A stretch of DNA of 64,000 bases from Candidatus Tayloriibacteriota bacterium (GTDB taxonomy: Bacteria; Patescibacteriota; Minisyncoccia; Phycocordibacterales; PALSA-1337), in assembly GCA_943350765.1 (NCBI GenBank), contig CALRAJ010000004.1:19309-83308 (forward strand), read 5' to 3'. Numbering within the stretch: position 1 is the stretch's first letter; each line of letters starts with the position of its first letter. A model generated the notes under the pieces. That model saw only the letters and a list, made by a program, of their open reading frames with translations, did no database searches and was not told the DNA's origin. Positions 48,383-58,522 of the stretch are shown in pieces. The position numbers were made by a program, and so were the translations under genes.

Positions 48383-50056
48383 ATGGTCAGAAACACTTTT
48401 TACAAAATTATAAGCGTAGCTCTTATATTTTCTTTTGTTTTTTCATCTACTTTTTTTATACAACCACCTAAAAAAGCAGAGGCTTTTGCCGCACTAACAT
48501 TTGACGGGGGAAACTTTATACAAAACACCCTGTCAGCCATTGCTGATACTGCAAGTAGTATTGCTGAATACGCTATCCAGTACAAGGAGTTTGTCCTCGA
48601 TGGTATTGTCAACTACATCGCCAAAGCCGTTCTCCGCCAGCTCACCACCAGTGTGGTGAACTGGATAAACAGCGGCTTTGACGGCAACCCATCCTTTGTT
48701 ACCGACCCAGCTGGCTTTTTTGCAAATATTGCCAACGAGGAGATTGGTAAGTTTATAGAAGGATCATCAGACCTCAACTTTCTCTGTAGCCCATTCCGTA
48801 TCGATGTTCGCATCGCTCTGGCATTCCAGTATTCGCCATTTAAAAAGAGGATTACTTGTACTTTTACCGATTCAGTCATAAACCTAAGTAATGCAGTGGG
48901 TGGTGCAACCATAAACGGCAAAAGTTTCACTAAGGGCAACTTTAGCAACGGAGGTTGGGATAATTGGATTTCACTCACCACCAATCCTCAAAACAATGTC
49001 TACGGCGCCACACTCATGGCACAGGTAGAGCTTTCGAGGCGTATCGCCGACAGACAAAAAAACAGCCAGAAAGAGCTCGATCACGGTCGAGGTTTCCTCT
49101 CATGGAAGAGCGATTGTACTGGCAAAAGCTCTGCCAATGCTGCTGAATATCGTACTCAGCTCGCAGAGGTTGGGGACAAAAATAGTGATAATTATGACGC
49201 CGAGGAAGCTACTCGCTACAAAAACATGTTACGGGCAGAGGAGAATACTGGCTGTAAGGTAAACACCCCTGGTTCTGTCATAGAGGGTCAGCTAGGCAAA
49301 GTCCTCGGCAGTAGTATAGACAGCCTCGGCCTAGCCGATGAGTTCAACGAAATCGTCAACGCCCTCTTTGCCCAGCTAGTAAATCAGGTAGTCGGTGGTG
49401 GGGGTGGTCTCCGTGGTGCGAGCCAGCCTACCTACGATGGCTCCTCATACTTAGACAAGCTCGGAGCAGCTCAAGACGCCGACACACTTAAAAATATCAG
49501 CTCTAGGGGTGCGGATGGGATAGATAAGTCGCTCGAGCTCATGGATAGATACAAGGCCGAAAAGCAAGCCTCGTTCACTGTAGTACTGATCGCTGAAAAC
49601 AAGCTTGTCCAGCTAGAAATGTGCTATACCCGCAAAGTCTCGACCCCCCAGACACCACCACTCAGTACCTATCAGGTAGACGAGGCAAACCGTCTTGCGA
49701 GCGAAGCTCGTGCAAGTATAGAGACCAATATAGCCTCAATAAAAAACCAGCTAAGCAATGATATCACTGCAGCAAACACAATTATCAATAAACTAGAGGT
49801 ACTCAAGTCTCGCATCGCCAACACCACATCACTCGATGACACCCTAAAGGCGACTTCAGAGTATGAAGCGTTACTCACGAGCAAGGGTCCAGATGCTATA
49901 AACGACGAGATCGATGTGTCAGTAGCTACAGTACAAAAAGAGGATATCTCTGCTAAAATGAAGGTGTTAAATACCGAGACAGATCGCAAGATCGGTATCT
50001 GCGAATCTGGTCAAATAGATGTAGGGAACACTGGCCAGCAAGGCGATCGAACATGA
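48383..50056 (+). CDS. secreted hypothetical protein of the T4SS-like cluster
   Basis: Signal/TM N-terminus; no assignable family; translationally coupled to the next gene (4-bp overlap). Confidence 0.5.
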   Translation: MVRNTFYKIISVALIFSFVFSSTFFIQPPKKAEAFAALTFDGGNFIQNTLSAIADTASSIAEYAIQYKEFVLDGIVNYIAKAVLRQLTTSVVNWINSGFDGNPSFVTDPAGFFANIANEEIGKFIEGSSDLNFLCSPFRIDVRIALAFQYSPFKKRITCTFTDSVINLSNAVGGATINGKSFTKGNFSNGGWDNWISLTTNPQNNVYGATLMAQVELSRRIADRQKNSQKELDHGRGFLSWKSDCTGKSSANAAEYRTQLAEVGDKNSDNYDAEEATRYKNMLRAEENTGCKVNTPGSVIEGQLGKVLGSSIDSLGLADEFNEIVNALFAQLVNQVVGGGGGLRGASQPTYDGSSYLDKLGAAQDADTLKNISSRGADGIDKSLELMDRYKAEKQASFTVVLIAENKLVQLEMCYTRKVSTPQTPPLSTYQVDEANRLASEARASIETNIASIKNQLSNDITAANTIINKLEVLKSRIANTTSLDDTLKATSEYEALLTSKGPDAINDEIDVSVATVQKEDISAKMKVLNTETDRKIGICESGQIDVGNTGQQGDRT

Positions 50057-52248
50057 AAAAATATCTACCTCACATTTTCATATTAGCACTCATCCTCGGC
50101 TGGGCTGGGACTTTTGGGGTGGGGGTGGTGCATGCAGGTTCACCACTTGAAGCTGGTTTAGACTATATTGCAGCACAAACAGGAAACATGATACTCACCG
50201 CAATGTCCTCACTAGTCTATGTCTCTGGACTTCTTTTGGATTTATCTCTGCAGTGGACATTAAACATGGCGGCCTTGGTAAAAGGTATACCCGCTATTGA
50301 GCTCGGCTGGAAGGTTTTCCGCGACCTCAGCACCATGTTCTTTATTTTTATCCTTCTCTACACCGCTATCAGCACTATTTTAGGAAAAGGTAGTGTTGAA
50401 GATGCAAAAAAGGTGGTAGTAAGTATTGTAGTAGCAGGACTTCTCATAAACTTTAGCTTGTTCTTTACCAAAATAGTCATTGATACCTCAAATGTTATTT
50501 CTCTTGGGTTTTATAAGGCCTTAGTACCTGATGGTGCAAGTAGAAAAGATGGTCTTTCTGCAATTTTTATGCAGAGCCTCTATCTCCAAACTGTCTATGA
50601 TGCACAAGGAATAGGGACAGCATCTGTTTCAAATTCAAATCTTTCTGGCTCTGGACTAGTAGCTGGTGCAAGTTGGACGAAATTATTTATCAACACCCTT
50701 ATGGGGTCATTGGTGATGCTGGTCGCCTCCATCGTATTTTTAGCGGGAGCATTTTTCTTTACTGTCCGTATTGTAATGCTTTTACTACTTATGGTTACTT
50801 CTCCTATAGCCTTTGCAGGACAAGCCCTCTCTGGGAAAGCCGAGAAGCTAGCCGAAAAGTGGAAAGATGAGCTAATAAACCAATGTCTTTTTATGCCAGC
50901 CTACCTAGCCATTACCTATGTAGGAATAAAAATTGTCGCCTCTCAAGCCTTTCAGGACGCCGTTAACCCTGCCAAGGCGAGTTTCTCTACGGTTGCCGTA
51001 GGGAATGTTGGTGTTATATTTAACTACCTCATCGTTATCGTATTCCTGATGGCTGCCCTGATACTAGCAAAACAGTTTGGGGTGATGGGAGCTGAAACTG
51101 TCAATGGCTGGGCTGAGGGGGCACTCAAAGCGGTACCAAACCTTACTGCGAGAAAAACGCTGGGTGGAGCAGGACACTGGGCAGAAAGAAAGCTTGAAAA
51201 TACAGTCATCGGGAACAGTGGTGTCGGCAGGTCACTTCGAAGTATCAGTACTGGTGCATTAGCAAATCAAAAATTCCTCGGAGACAAGTCCTACACGGAT
51301 GATGTAAAAGAAGGTAAGGAAATCAAAGCAAAAAGAAATCAGATCAATGATAATGCAACCATACGGGCTGGTGCTAGCGCTAGAGCTGCTGTTGCAAGTA
51401 GAGGTGTAGGAGCTACTGTTACAAATGAAGAGCGGGCACAAATTGATGCTGGTGAAATAGCACTCCAGAGAATGTCGTCTTCTGATATTGTTACACAAAC
51501 CCCTCAGATGCTGACGGAAAACGCAAAGAATTTAAATGAGGCTCAAGTTAAAGCAATCATGAAGAGTGATAAATTTACAGATGAAAATAAAGAGGAAATG
51601 CTCAAAGCCCGATTTGCACCAGTCGACGAAGCACTTGGGGTTCTTCATGAGGTTCTTGATAGAAGACCACCCGCTTCACCCACTGAAATAGATGCTGCAA
51701 AAGCTAAGCTTGGTGACGCAATTAGTGGTCTTTCCGATACTGACATAGAAAACCTTGGTTATGAACGCTTAAAAGACCCTGTTCTTATTGATGCACTCCC
51801 TTACTCGAAAATAAAAATTGCTACAGATAAGAAAACTGAAGGTTATAGTACTGATCAGAAAAAATTCTTCAAGGAAAGGAAGTTTAAACCTTTTACAGAC
51901 GCACTCGCCGCAATTCCTCCCAATCCAGTTGCTATTGAGAAAGAACTTGGAGCTCTCAGACTCAGTTCGGATGAGGTTGCTGAACTCGGCAAAAAAACCC
52001 TAGTTAAGTTAGCAGAAAATAAATGCTTGCCAACATTAGCACTTCCAAAGATAGCTGAAAAAATGACAAGTCAGGGAGAGCGTGATGAGATTATAGATGC
52101 CATAAAAGCTGCGCACGGAGGAAACCTTGCAGGCTTCCTAAACGATCCCAACAGGGCAGAGCTTCCTGACGCAACAGTTGCAACGCTTTCAAAAAAGGAC
52201 AAGGCTATTTACAGCTTCTTTATAGGTCCAATCGGCAGAAGTTTTTAA
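50053..52248 (+). CDS. VirB6/TrbL-like polytopic membrane protein of the T4SS-like cluster
   Basis: Signal peptide, at least six TM helices in the first 400 aa, then a hydrophilic C-terminal domain; architecture of the TrbL/VirB6 family. Confidence 0.55.
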   Translation: MKKYLPHIFILALILGWAGTFGVGVVHAGSPLEAGLDYIAAQTGNMILTAMSSLVYVSGLLLDLSLQWTLNMAALVKGIPAIELGWKVFRDLSTMFFIFILLYTAISTILGKGSVEDAKKVVVSIVVAGLLINFSLFFTKIVIDTSNVISLGFYKALVPDGASRKDGLSAIFMQSLYLQTVYDAQGIGTASVSNSNLSGSGLVAGASWTKLFINTLMGSLVMLVASIVFLAGAFFFTVRIVMLLLLMVTSPIAFAGQALSGKAEKLAEKWKDELINQCLFMPAYLAITYVGIKIVASQAFQDAVNPAKASFSTVAVGNVGVIFNYLIVIVFLMAALILAKQFGVMGAETVNGWAEGALKAVPNLTARKTLGGAGHWAERKLENTVIGNSGVGRSLRSISTGALANQKFLGDKSYTDDVKEGKEIKAKRNQINDNATIRAGASARAAVASRGVGATVTNEERAQIDAGEIALQRMSSSDIVTQTPQMLTENAKNLNEAQVKAIMKSDKFTDENKEEMLKARFAPVDEALGVLHEVLDRRPPASPTEIDAAKAKLGDAISGLSDTDIENLGYERLKDPVLIDALPYSKIKIATDKKTEGYSTDQKKFFKERKFKPFTDALAAIPPNPVAIEKELGALRLSSDEVAELGKKTLVKLAENKCLPTLALPKIAEKMTSQGERDEIIDAIKAAHGGNLAGFLNDPNRAELPDATVATLSKKDKAIYSFFIGPIGRSF

Positions 52249-52259
52249 TAAATTAAAGT

Positions 52260-53096
52260 ATGTACACAAAAGAACAAAAATTAGACGCGTATCGCAAACT
52301 CCCTGAGGAAATAAAAGCTGTCATTTCTGCTGAAGATGTGACTGATAAGATTACCGCGGTAGGAAACAAGCACAACCTCCTCATCGACAAACAAGGAATG
52401 CTTGTCGACGAAATCGGTCTCGTCATGTTCGGGCTCACTCATCCAGACAAGTTTGTAGACAGTCTGAAAAATCGTCTTGGGATATCACATGACGATGCCG
52501 AGGCTATCGCCACTGATGTAAACAATGAAATCTTGCTCGAAATCCGCGAAGAATTGAAAAAGATTAGTGCAAAAAATGCCGAGACAGAAAAAACCTCCAA
52601 TCTCGCTCACGATAGCCTAGACCCTGTCGAGACGGACGAGCATCACGCCACCCTAAAGAGGGAAGACATCCTGAGAGATATTGAGGATCCCGCTCCAACA
52701 CAGAATCCAACCCTAACTAGAACCACTCTTCCTTTAGCAAGGACCGTCATTGCAAAAGATGCCGAGGCTATTCAGCCTGCCGTAGCCAAAACCTCCCCAC
52801 CTCCATCAAACCTCCCTGTTGCCTATAACGACAACGACCTACCCACCGTTATCCCTCAAATGGATCATTCCTACCCGACACCAGCAAAAAAAGAAGTAGC
52901 TCCCGATAGTCCAGCAACCACTTTAGTCAGAACAGTCCCACTCACACAGACTGTCCTTGCAAAGGAAACCACTCCAAACATCGTTTCCGCCAAACTCAGT
53001 GGGGTAGTCGTTACCACGACCACAAGGATCCCTGAAAAGCCGTCTGCTACAAAAACCCCCTACAAAACAGACCCCTATCGAGAGGGGATAAATTAA
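52260..53096 (+). CDS. hypothetical protein with an internal duplicated TLxRTxPLxxTVxAK motif
   Basis: ORF; repeats TLTRTTLPLARTVIAKD and TLVRTVPLTQTVLAKE. Confidence 0.45.
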   Translation: MYTKEQKLDAYRKLPEEIKAVISAEDVTDKITAVGNKHNLLIDKQGMLVDEIGLVMFGLTHPDKFVDSLKNRLGISHDDAEAIATDVNNEILLEIREELKKISAKNAETEKTSNLAHDSLDPVETDEHHATLKREDILRDIEDPAPTQNPTLTRTTLPLARTVIAKDAEAIQPAVAKTSPPPSNLPVAYNDNDLPTVIPQMDHSYPTPAKKEVAPDSPATTLVRTVPLTQTVLAKETTPNIVSAKLSGVVVTTTTRIPEKPSATKTPYKTDPYREGIN

Positions 53097-53197
53097 CAGA
53101 CAAAATAACCCCGAAGCCGAGACTCTGATTTGACTTTTTTAAACATTCTGCTAATATGTATGTATTCAGACGAAAAGGGATCCAAACGGCTAACTAC

Positions 53198-53731
53198 CTA
53201 AGGAGCCCTTTTCTTTTTTAGCTCTATCTTTGCTCTTATATTTTCTAGATAATCAAAGTATCTAGACCCAATCTCTTTATACAAAGATGATGCGAACTTT
53301 TTATTCGGAAATAAAACCTTCTCAAACCTATTTTCTTCTATCAAAAAATCAACTACAAGTTTGTAATCTCCGTCCCCAGAAACCAAAACAATTTTTGTAA
53401 AATCTTCTTTTTTATACATCTTTTTCATAATATGAAAAATAATATCTGAATCGACATTTCCTTTTTTCTTTCCCATCATCGCTGGATTGTGTTCTCGGAA
53501 TATGAGAACAAAACCAGCACTTTGTATTTCTTCGTATAAATCTTGATTTTCTTCTTGAACATAACCTAGAAAATAGTAGGCTTTACCCACACTGTATTTT
53601 TGCTCAAGATACACACGAAATCTTGTGAGGTCAATTCTCCAAGGGTCGGCTTCTCGCTTAGCAGTACCCATATACAGATTCTGTCCATCTACAAACGCAA
53701 GGTTATTTGTGTGCTTAGTATTCGTGTTCAT
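53198..53731 (-). CDS. NYN-domain predicted RNase (second paralogue-type), embedded in the T4SS-like cluster
   Basis: AFVDGQNLY...IVLVSGDGDY NYN motifs. Confidence 0.65.
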   Translation of the reverse strand: MNTNTKHTNNLAFVDGQNLYMGTAKREADPWRIDLTRFRVYLEQKYSVGKAYYFLGYVQEENQDLYEEIQSAGFVLIFREHNPAMMGKKKGNVDSDIIFHIMKKMYKKEDFTKIVLVSGDGDYKLVVDFLIEENRFEKVLFPNKKFASSLYKEIGSRYFDYLENIRAKIELKKKRAP

Positions 53732-53903
53732 AGTGTGTTTTTGATTTTATCTTAACATAATTAGCATTATAAACACCATTAGATACTTATCCCCAAATAA
53801 CCTCTAAGGGTCATTATTTCACATATAGCAAATATCCTTGATTTTAGTATAATCAAGTAAAGAAAAACTGTATCAAATTATAAGATTTTTATTCACCGCC
53901 ATT

Positions 53904-54332
53904 ATGCGTTTCCAAGTACCACAATTTATCGAAATAGAAGACAAAATAATCGGTCAATTTACCTTTAAGCAGTTTGTCTACATGGGTGGTGGTCTCGGAC
54001 TTTCTTTTGTTGTCTACAATTTTCTAAATATCTACATCGCCCTGATTCTTATTGCTCCGATACTCGCCTTTGCTGGTGCTCTCGCATTTTACAAGCCATA
54101 CAACCCCAGCCAAATACCTTTTTCAGCTCTGGTAGAGTCCGCTGTCAGGTACATAAGCAACGAAAAGCTCTATATCTGGAAGAAAAAAGACCGTCTAGTA
54201 ACACCAAGTGGTACCGGCGAGCTTGTGGACACAGCGATGCTTAGTGTACCAAAGCTTTCGGATAGCAAGCTCAAAGACCTTACATGGAGCCTCGACATAA
54301 ACAACAGTCTCTATTCAGACAAAAGACATTAA
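53904..54332 (+). CDS. PrgI-family (VirB3-like) small membrane protein
   Basis: MRFQVPQFIEIEDKIIGQFTFKQFVYM... followed by two TM helices: the canonical PrgI N-terminus. Confidence 0.65.
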   Translation: MRFQVPQFIEIEDKIIGQFTFKQFVYMGGGLGLSFVVYNFLNIYIALILIAPILAFAGALAFYKPYNPSQIPFSALVESAVRYISNEKLYIWKKKDRLVTPSGTGELVDTAMLSVPKLSDSKLKDLTWSLDINNSLYSDKRH

Positions 54333-54381
54333 ACAACACCTATATTTCTGCTCGAGAGCAGGGCGTGATATACTTAAAACC

Positions 54382-55029
54382 ATGGCGACACTCAGCTCAA
54401 AAACAACTCAAGATTTTGTACCCATAAAAGAGGTAAAGAATGGCATCGTTATTCTCAAAGACGGTGGTATGCGAGGTATACTCATGGCTTCATCTCTAAA
54501 CTTTGCTTTAAAATCTACAGACGAGCAAAACTCCATCATCTACCAATTCCAAAACTTTTTGAACTCTCTCGACTTTTCTGTGCAAATATTTATCCAATCA
54601 AAGCGCCTGGATATTCGCCCATACATAGCGCTCCTAGAAAACAGATACAAGGAACAACCGGGGGACCTCATGAAAATCCAGACCCGCGAGTACATAGAGT
54701 TTATCAAAAACTTTACCGACAACTCCAGTATCATGACAAAAAGCTTTTTTATCGTCGTTCCTTACTCGCCAGCAATTCTACAAACAAAAGATAGTATTGT
54801 GGGCAAGCTTCTCGGCAAAAAATCTTCTACCGAGGTCGATGTAAATAAGCAAAAAATAGAGGATTTTGAAGAACACCGTAGTCAGCTCGAGCAGAGACTG
54901 AGCGTGGTAGAGCAAGGTCTCGTGAGATCTGGGGTACGAGTAGTACAGCTGGGCACCGAGGAGATAGTCGAGCTGTATTATCGCATATTCAATCCTGGAG
55001 ATATGGAAAAGCCGATACAGCTTACATAA
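54382..55029 (+). CDS. VirB4-like protein, N-terminal domain (separate ORF)
   Basis: Sits directly upstream of the ATPase ORF with a 28-bp gap and a frame change; size and position fit the VirB4 N-domain. Confidence 0.5.
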   Translation: MATLSSKTTQDFVPIKEVKNGIVILKDGGMRGILMASSLNFALKSTDEQNSIIYQFQNFLNSLDFSVQIFIQSKRLDIRPYIALLENRYKEQPGDLMKIQTREYIEFIKNFTDNSSIMTKSFFIVVPYSPAILQTKDSIVGKLLGKKSSTEVDVNKQKIEDFEEHRSQLEQRLSVVEQGLVRSGVRVVQLGTEEIVELYYRIFNPGDMEKPIQLT

Positions 55030-55057
55030 TCACCGAGAACTAAGCTATACTTAACAC

Positions 55058-56866
55058 ATGGGAATATTCTCAAACTTATTTGGACCAAAAAAAGAAGTGC
55101 CGATCGCATCTATTTTGCCTCAGCAGATATATAATGCTGGCGTACTTGAGCTAAAGGATATCATTGCTCCATCGGCACTAAAAGTAAGCCCTAAAGAGCT
55201 CAATCTTGGTGAGAAGATCGCCCGCACCTTTTTCGTCATTTCTTATCCTCGATTTCTTTCTGATAGCTGGTTTGCACCTATTATAAACCTCGACAAAGTT
55301 TTCAACATTTCTATTTTTATTCACCCTGTCGATACCGCAAAAGCCCTCCGCACATTCCAGACCAAAGTAGCCGAGGTGCAGAGTCAGATCAATGTTCGAG
55401 AAAAAAAGGGTCTAGTGCGTGACCCAATGCTCGATACTGCCTATCGTGACCTCGAGCAACTCCGCGACAGCCTCCAGCAAGCTCAAGAAAAACTTTTTGA
55501 TGTGGGTGTTTACATTACTATCTATGGCGATAGTGCAGGGGAGCTAGACAAAACCGAGTCTGAGATCAAATCCGTACTCGAGTCAAAGCTTGTATACCTA
55601 AAACCCGCCCTTTTCCAGCAGGAGCAAGGCTACAAGAGCATTTTACCTATTGCTACCGACGAGCTCAATGTACACTCAAAACTCAACTCCTCACCACTCT
55701 CCAGTCTCTTTCCGTTTGTTTCATTTGACCTCACTTCAGACAAAGGTATTCTGTATGGTATCAATCGTCACAACTCTAGCCTTGTGCTTTTTGACCGTTT
55801 TCTACTCGAAAACTACAACTCAGTAACCTTTGCAAAAGCTGGTTCTGGTAAATCATATGCCGTAAAGCTCGAAATTCTCCGCACCCTGATGTTTGAGACT
55901 GAGGTTATCGTTATTGATCCAGAAAAGGAGTACGAATACATGTCCGAGGCAGTCGGCGGACGATACTTCAATATTTCGCTCACATCAGAGCATCATATCA
56001 ACCCTTTTGATCTTCCTATCCCTAGAGAAGATGAGTCTGCGTCAGATGTATTGCGTTCAAATATTGTAAACCTTGTCGGTCTATTTCGTATTATGATGGG
56101 AGGGCTTACTCAGGAAGAAGACGCTATCATCGACCGAGCTATCACGGAAACATATGCACTCAAAGACATCACCGCTGAGTCTGATTTTCGCAATGTCGAG
56201 CCACCACTTCTTTCAGATTTTGAGCTGGTACTGGCTGGTATGGAGGGAGGGGAGTCACTGGTACAAAAGCTTAGTAAATATACAAAAGGAACTTGGTCTG
56301 GCTTTATCAACAGACCGTCAAATGTAGACATCAACAAAAAGTTTGTAGTCTTTTCGCTCCGTGATATGGAAGATGAGCTCAAACCTGTCGCTATGTATAT
56401 TGTTACTCATTATATCTGGAATGCTATTCGCAAAAACCTCAAAAAACGCCTGTTGGTCATCGACGAGGCGTGGTGGATGATGAAATCCGACGACACAGCA
56501 TCATTCCTCCTCGGTCTTGCCAAAAGAGGACGAAAATACTATCTCGGTCTTGCTACCATCACTCAAGATGTTGATGACTTTCTCAAATCACCTTATGGTC
56601 TGCCAATTATTACTAACTCTTCCATTCAAATACTACTAAAACAGTCTCCGTCATCTATAGATATTCTTCAGAAGACCTTCAATCTCACCGACGAGGAAAA
56701 ATACCTTTTGCTCGAGTCGGATATTGGAGAGGGTATATTCTTTGTTGGTCTCAAGCATGTAGCTATTAAGGTAATCGCCTCATATACCGAGGACCAAATC
56801 ATTACGACGAATCCCGAGCAGGTTTTGGCGATCAAGCGAGCAAAAGACGAGCTCGCAGGGCAGTAA
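55058..56866 (+). CDS. VirB4/TraC/PrgJ-family conjugation ATPase (ATPase domain)
   Basis: Walker A FAKAGSGKSYAVK, Walker B LLVIDEAWWMM, C-terminal GLATITQDVDDF. Confidence 0.8.
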   Translation: MGIFSNLFGPKKEVPIASILPQQIYNAGVLELKDIIAPSALKVSPKELNLGEKIARTFFVISYPRFLSDSWFAPIINLDKVFNISIFIHPVDTAKALRTFQTKVAEVQSQINVREKKGLVRDPMLDTAYRDLEQLRDSLQQAQEKLFDVGVYITIYGDSAGELDKTESEIKSVLESKLVYLKPALFQQEQGYKSILPIATDELNVHSKLNSSPLSSLFPFVSFDLTSDKGILYGINRHNSSLVLFDRFLLENYNSVTFAKAGSGKSYAVKLEILRTLMFETEVIVIDPEKEYEYMSEAVGGRYFNISLTSEHHINPFDLPIPREDESASDVLRSNIVNLVGLFRIMMGGLTQEEDAIIDRAITETYALKDITAESDFRNVEPPLLSDFELVLAGMEGGESLVQKLSKYTKGTWSGFINRPSNVDINKKFVVFSLRDMEDELKPVAMYIVTHYIWNAIRKNLKKRLLVIDEAWWMMKSDDTASFLLGLAKRGRKYYLGLATITQDVDDFLKSPYGLPIITNSSIQILLKQSPSSIDILQKTFNLTDEEKYLLLESDIGEGIFFVGLKHVAIKVIASYTEDQIITTNPEQVLAIKRAKDELAGQ

Positions 56867-56952
56867 GTAACATATTTTTTACCTTTTTAGGCGATTAATA
56901 TGTGTCAGAATTGTAAAATCTTTTCTGTTATCTTTTTTAATCTTAATCAACC

Positions 56953-57465
56953 ATGGCAAGTCGAATAAGTAAAACCGAGTGGAAGATATTAGTGGGTTTA
57001 GCTGTTATTGTAGACGGGATACAGATAATCCTCGACTTTTTTGGTATTGGTATTATAGTTAATCGCTTTATTGATGTAGCTGTTGGTATCGCCCTACCGC
57101 TATATCTCCAAACACAAGGGGTAAGTATGGCAAATCCAAAAAGATTACTGGGTATGCTCGGAGCATTTGTCGGTGAAATGATACCCGTAGTAGATAGTCT
57201 TCCCCTGTGGACAGCTGATGTACTTTTTACATGGAGTACTGTCAAAGCTGAGGAGCTGATAGCCAAAGCACCTGGTGGCAAAATGCTGGCAAAAAAGATT
57301 CAAAACTCTCAAAATACTCCGGGACCATCTGACGAAGGCGAGGTTGATGAAGGTTCAAATGATACAGACCTAGACAATATCGATTTAAATGCTGAAGTAG
57401 GAGACTCAAATAATTCTCCCCAACGAGACCGTCCTGTCTTGCAAGACATCCGCCCACGGCTATGA
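56953..57465 (+). CDS. small integral membrane protein with an acidic C-terminal tail
   Basis: Three hydrophobic segments; DEGEVDEGSNDTDLDNIDL tail. Confidence 0.45.
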   Translation: MASRISKTEWKILVGLAVIVDGIQIILDFFGIGIIVNRFIDVAVGIALPLYLQTQGVSMANPKRLLGMLGAFVGEMIPVVDSLPLWTADVLFTWSTVKAEELIAKAPGGKMLAKKIQNSQNTPGPSDEGEVDEGSNDTDLDNIDLNAEVGDSNNSPQRDRPVLQDIRPRL

Positions 57466-57478
57466 TAAAATATAAGTA

Positions 57479-58516
57479 ATGAAATTACGCTCTGTTTATT
57501 TTAATCTTTTCTGTTTAGTAGTCTTTAGTGTTTTTTCTCTGGCTTCTTTTTCACATACTCACGCACAAATCACAAACGATATACCCAGTGCCATAGAGGT
57601 AGACATCGCCCCTCAAAATCCTGGTCCAAATACCGAGACCAGCATCACTATCAAAAACTACTCCACCGATCTCGACCGGGCCACCATCACTTGGTCACTA
57701 AACAACAAACAGCTACAAAAAGCTGTCGGCTCTACTCATTTTGAATTTCGCACAGGTCCTTTGGGAACCCCCTCGGTCGTTACTGTTGTTATTAACACCG
57801 TGAGTGGTAGGACTATTCGCAAAAACATCACCCTCCGGCCATCTGAGGTAGACCTCGTGTGGGAGACTAGTGGCTATACACCACCTTTTTATCGTGGAAA
57901 ATCTATTTATGTCAATCAAGGCTTTGTAACAGTCGTGGCAATCCCAAATATGGTCGGGATAAATGGCAAAAAACTAAACTCTAAAAATCTAGTCTACAAA
58001 TGGAGCGTGGATGGGGAGATAAAGGGCAGTGACTCTGGATATGGCAAGGATAGTTTCGTATTCCAAGGGGGTATTGTGCCACAGCCTACTACTATATCCG
58101 TCGAGGCCTCGTCTCTGACCGATGGTACCCGTGCCTCGGCTAGTATTGAGCTCGATCCAGAGAGACCCGAACTTTTGCTATACCAAGACGATCCTCTCTA
58201 CGGCATATTCTACAACAGAGCTCTACTCGAAACATTTCGCCTTACAGATGATGAGGTCACTTTTCTAGCTTTACCATATTTCTTTTCTGGTAAAACACCG
58301 ACCGTTTCAAGCCTCAGCTATGTATGGAGTATGAACGGTACCGATCTCGGTGACACCGCAAAGAAAAATAGGGTTACCTTGAGAAGGAGCGGCCAGACCG
58401 AGTCGGGGAGTGCTACTATTAGTATCGGTCTAGAAAACTCCCGAGACATCCTACAGGGCGCTAGGCACGATCTCTCCATATCTTTTGAAGCCAAGGGCAA
58501 GGAGGTAAAATTTTAA
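57479..58516 (+). CDS. secreted hypothetical protein (signal peptide)
   Basis: MKLRSVYFNLFCLVVFSVFSLASFSHTHAQ signal peptide; beta-rich. Confidence 0.5.
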   Translation: MKLRSVYFNLFCLVVFSVFSLASFSHTHAQITNDIPSAIEVDIAPQNPGPNTETSITIKNYSTDLDRATITWSLNNKQLQKAVGSTHFEFRTGPLGTPSVVTVVINTVSGRTIRKNITLRPSEVDLVWETSGYTPPFYRGKSIYVNQGFVTVVAIPNMVGINGKKLNSKNLVYKWSVDGEIKGSDSGYGKDSFVFQGGIVPQPTTISVEASSLTDGTRASASIELDPERPELLLYQDDPLYGIFYNRALLETFRLTDDEVTFLALPYFFSGKTPTVSSLSYVWSMNGTDLGDTAKKNRVTLRRSGQTESGSATISIGLENSRDILQGARHDLSISFEAKGKEVKF

Positions 58517-58522
58517 CATTTT

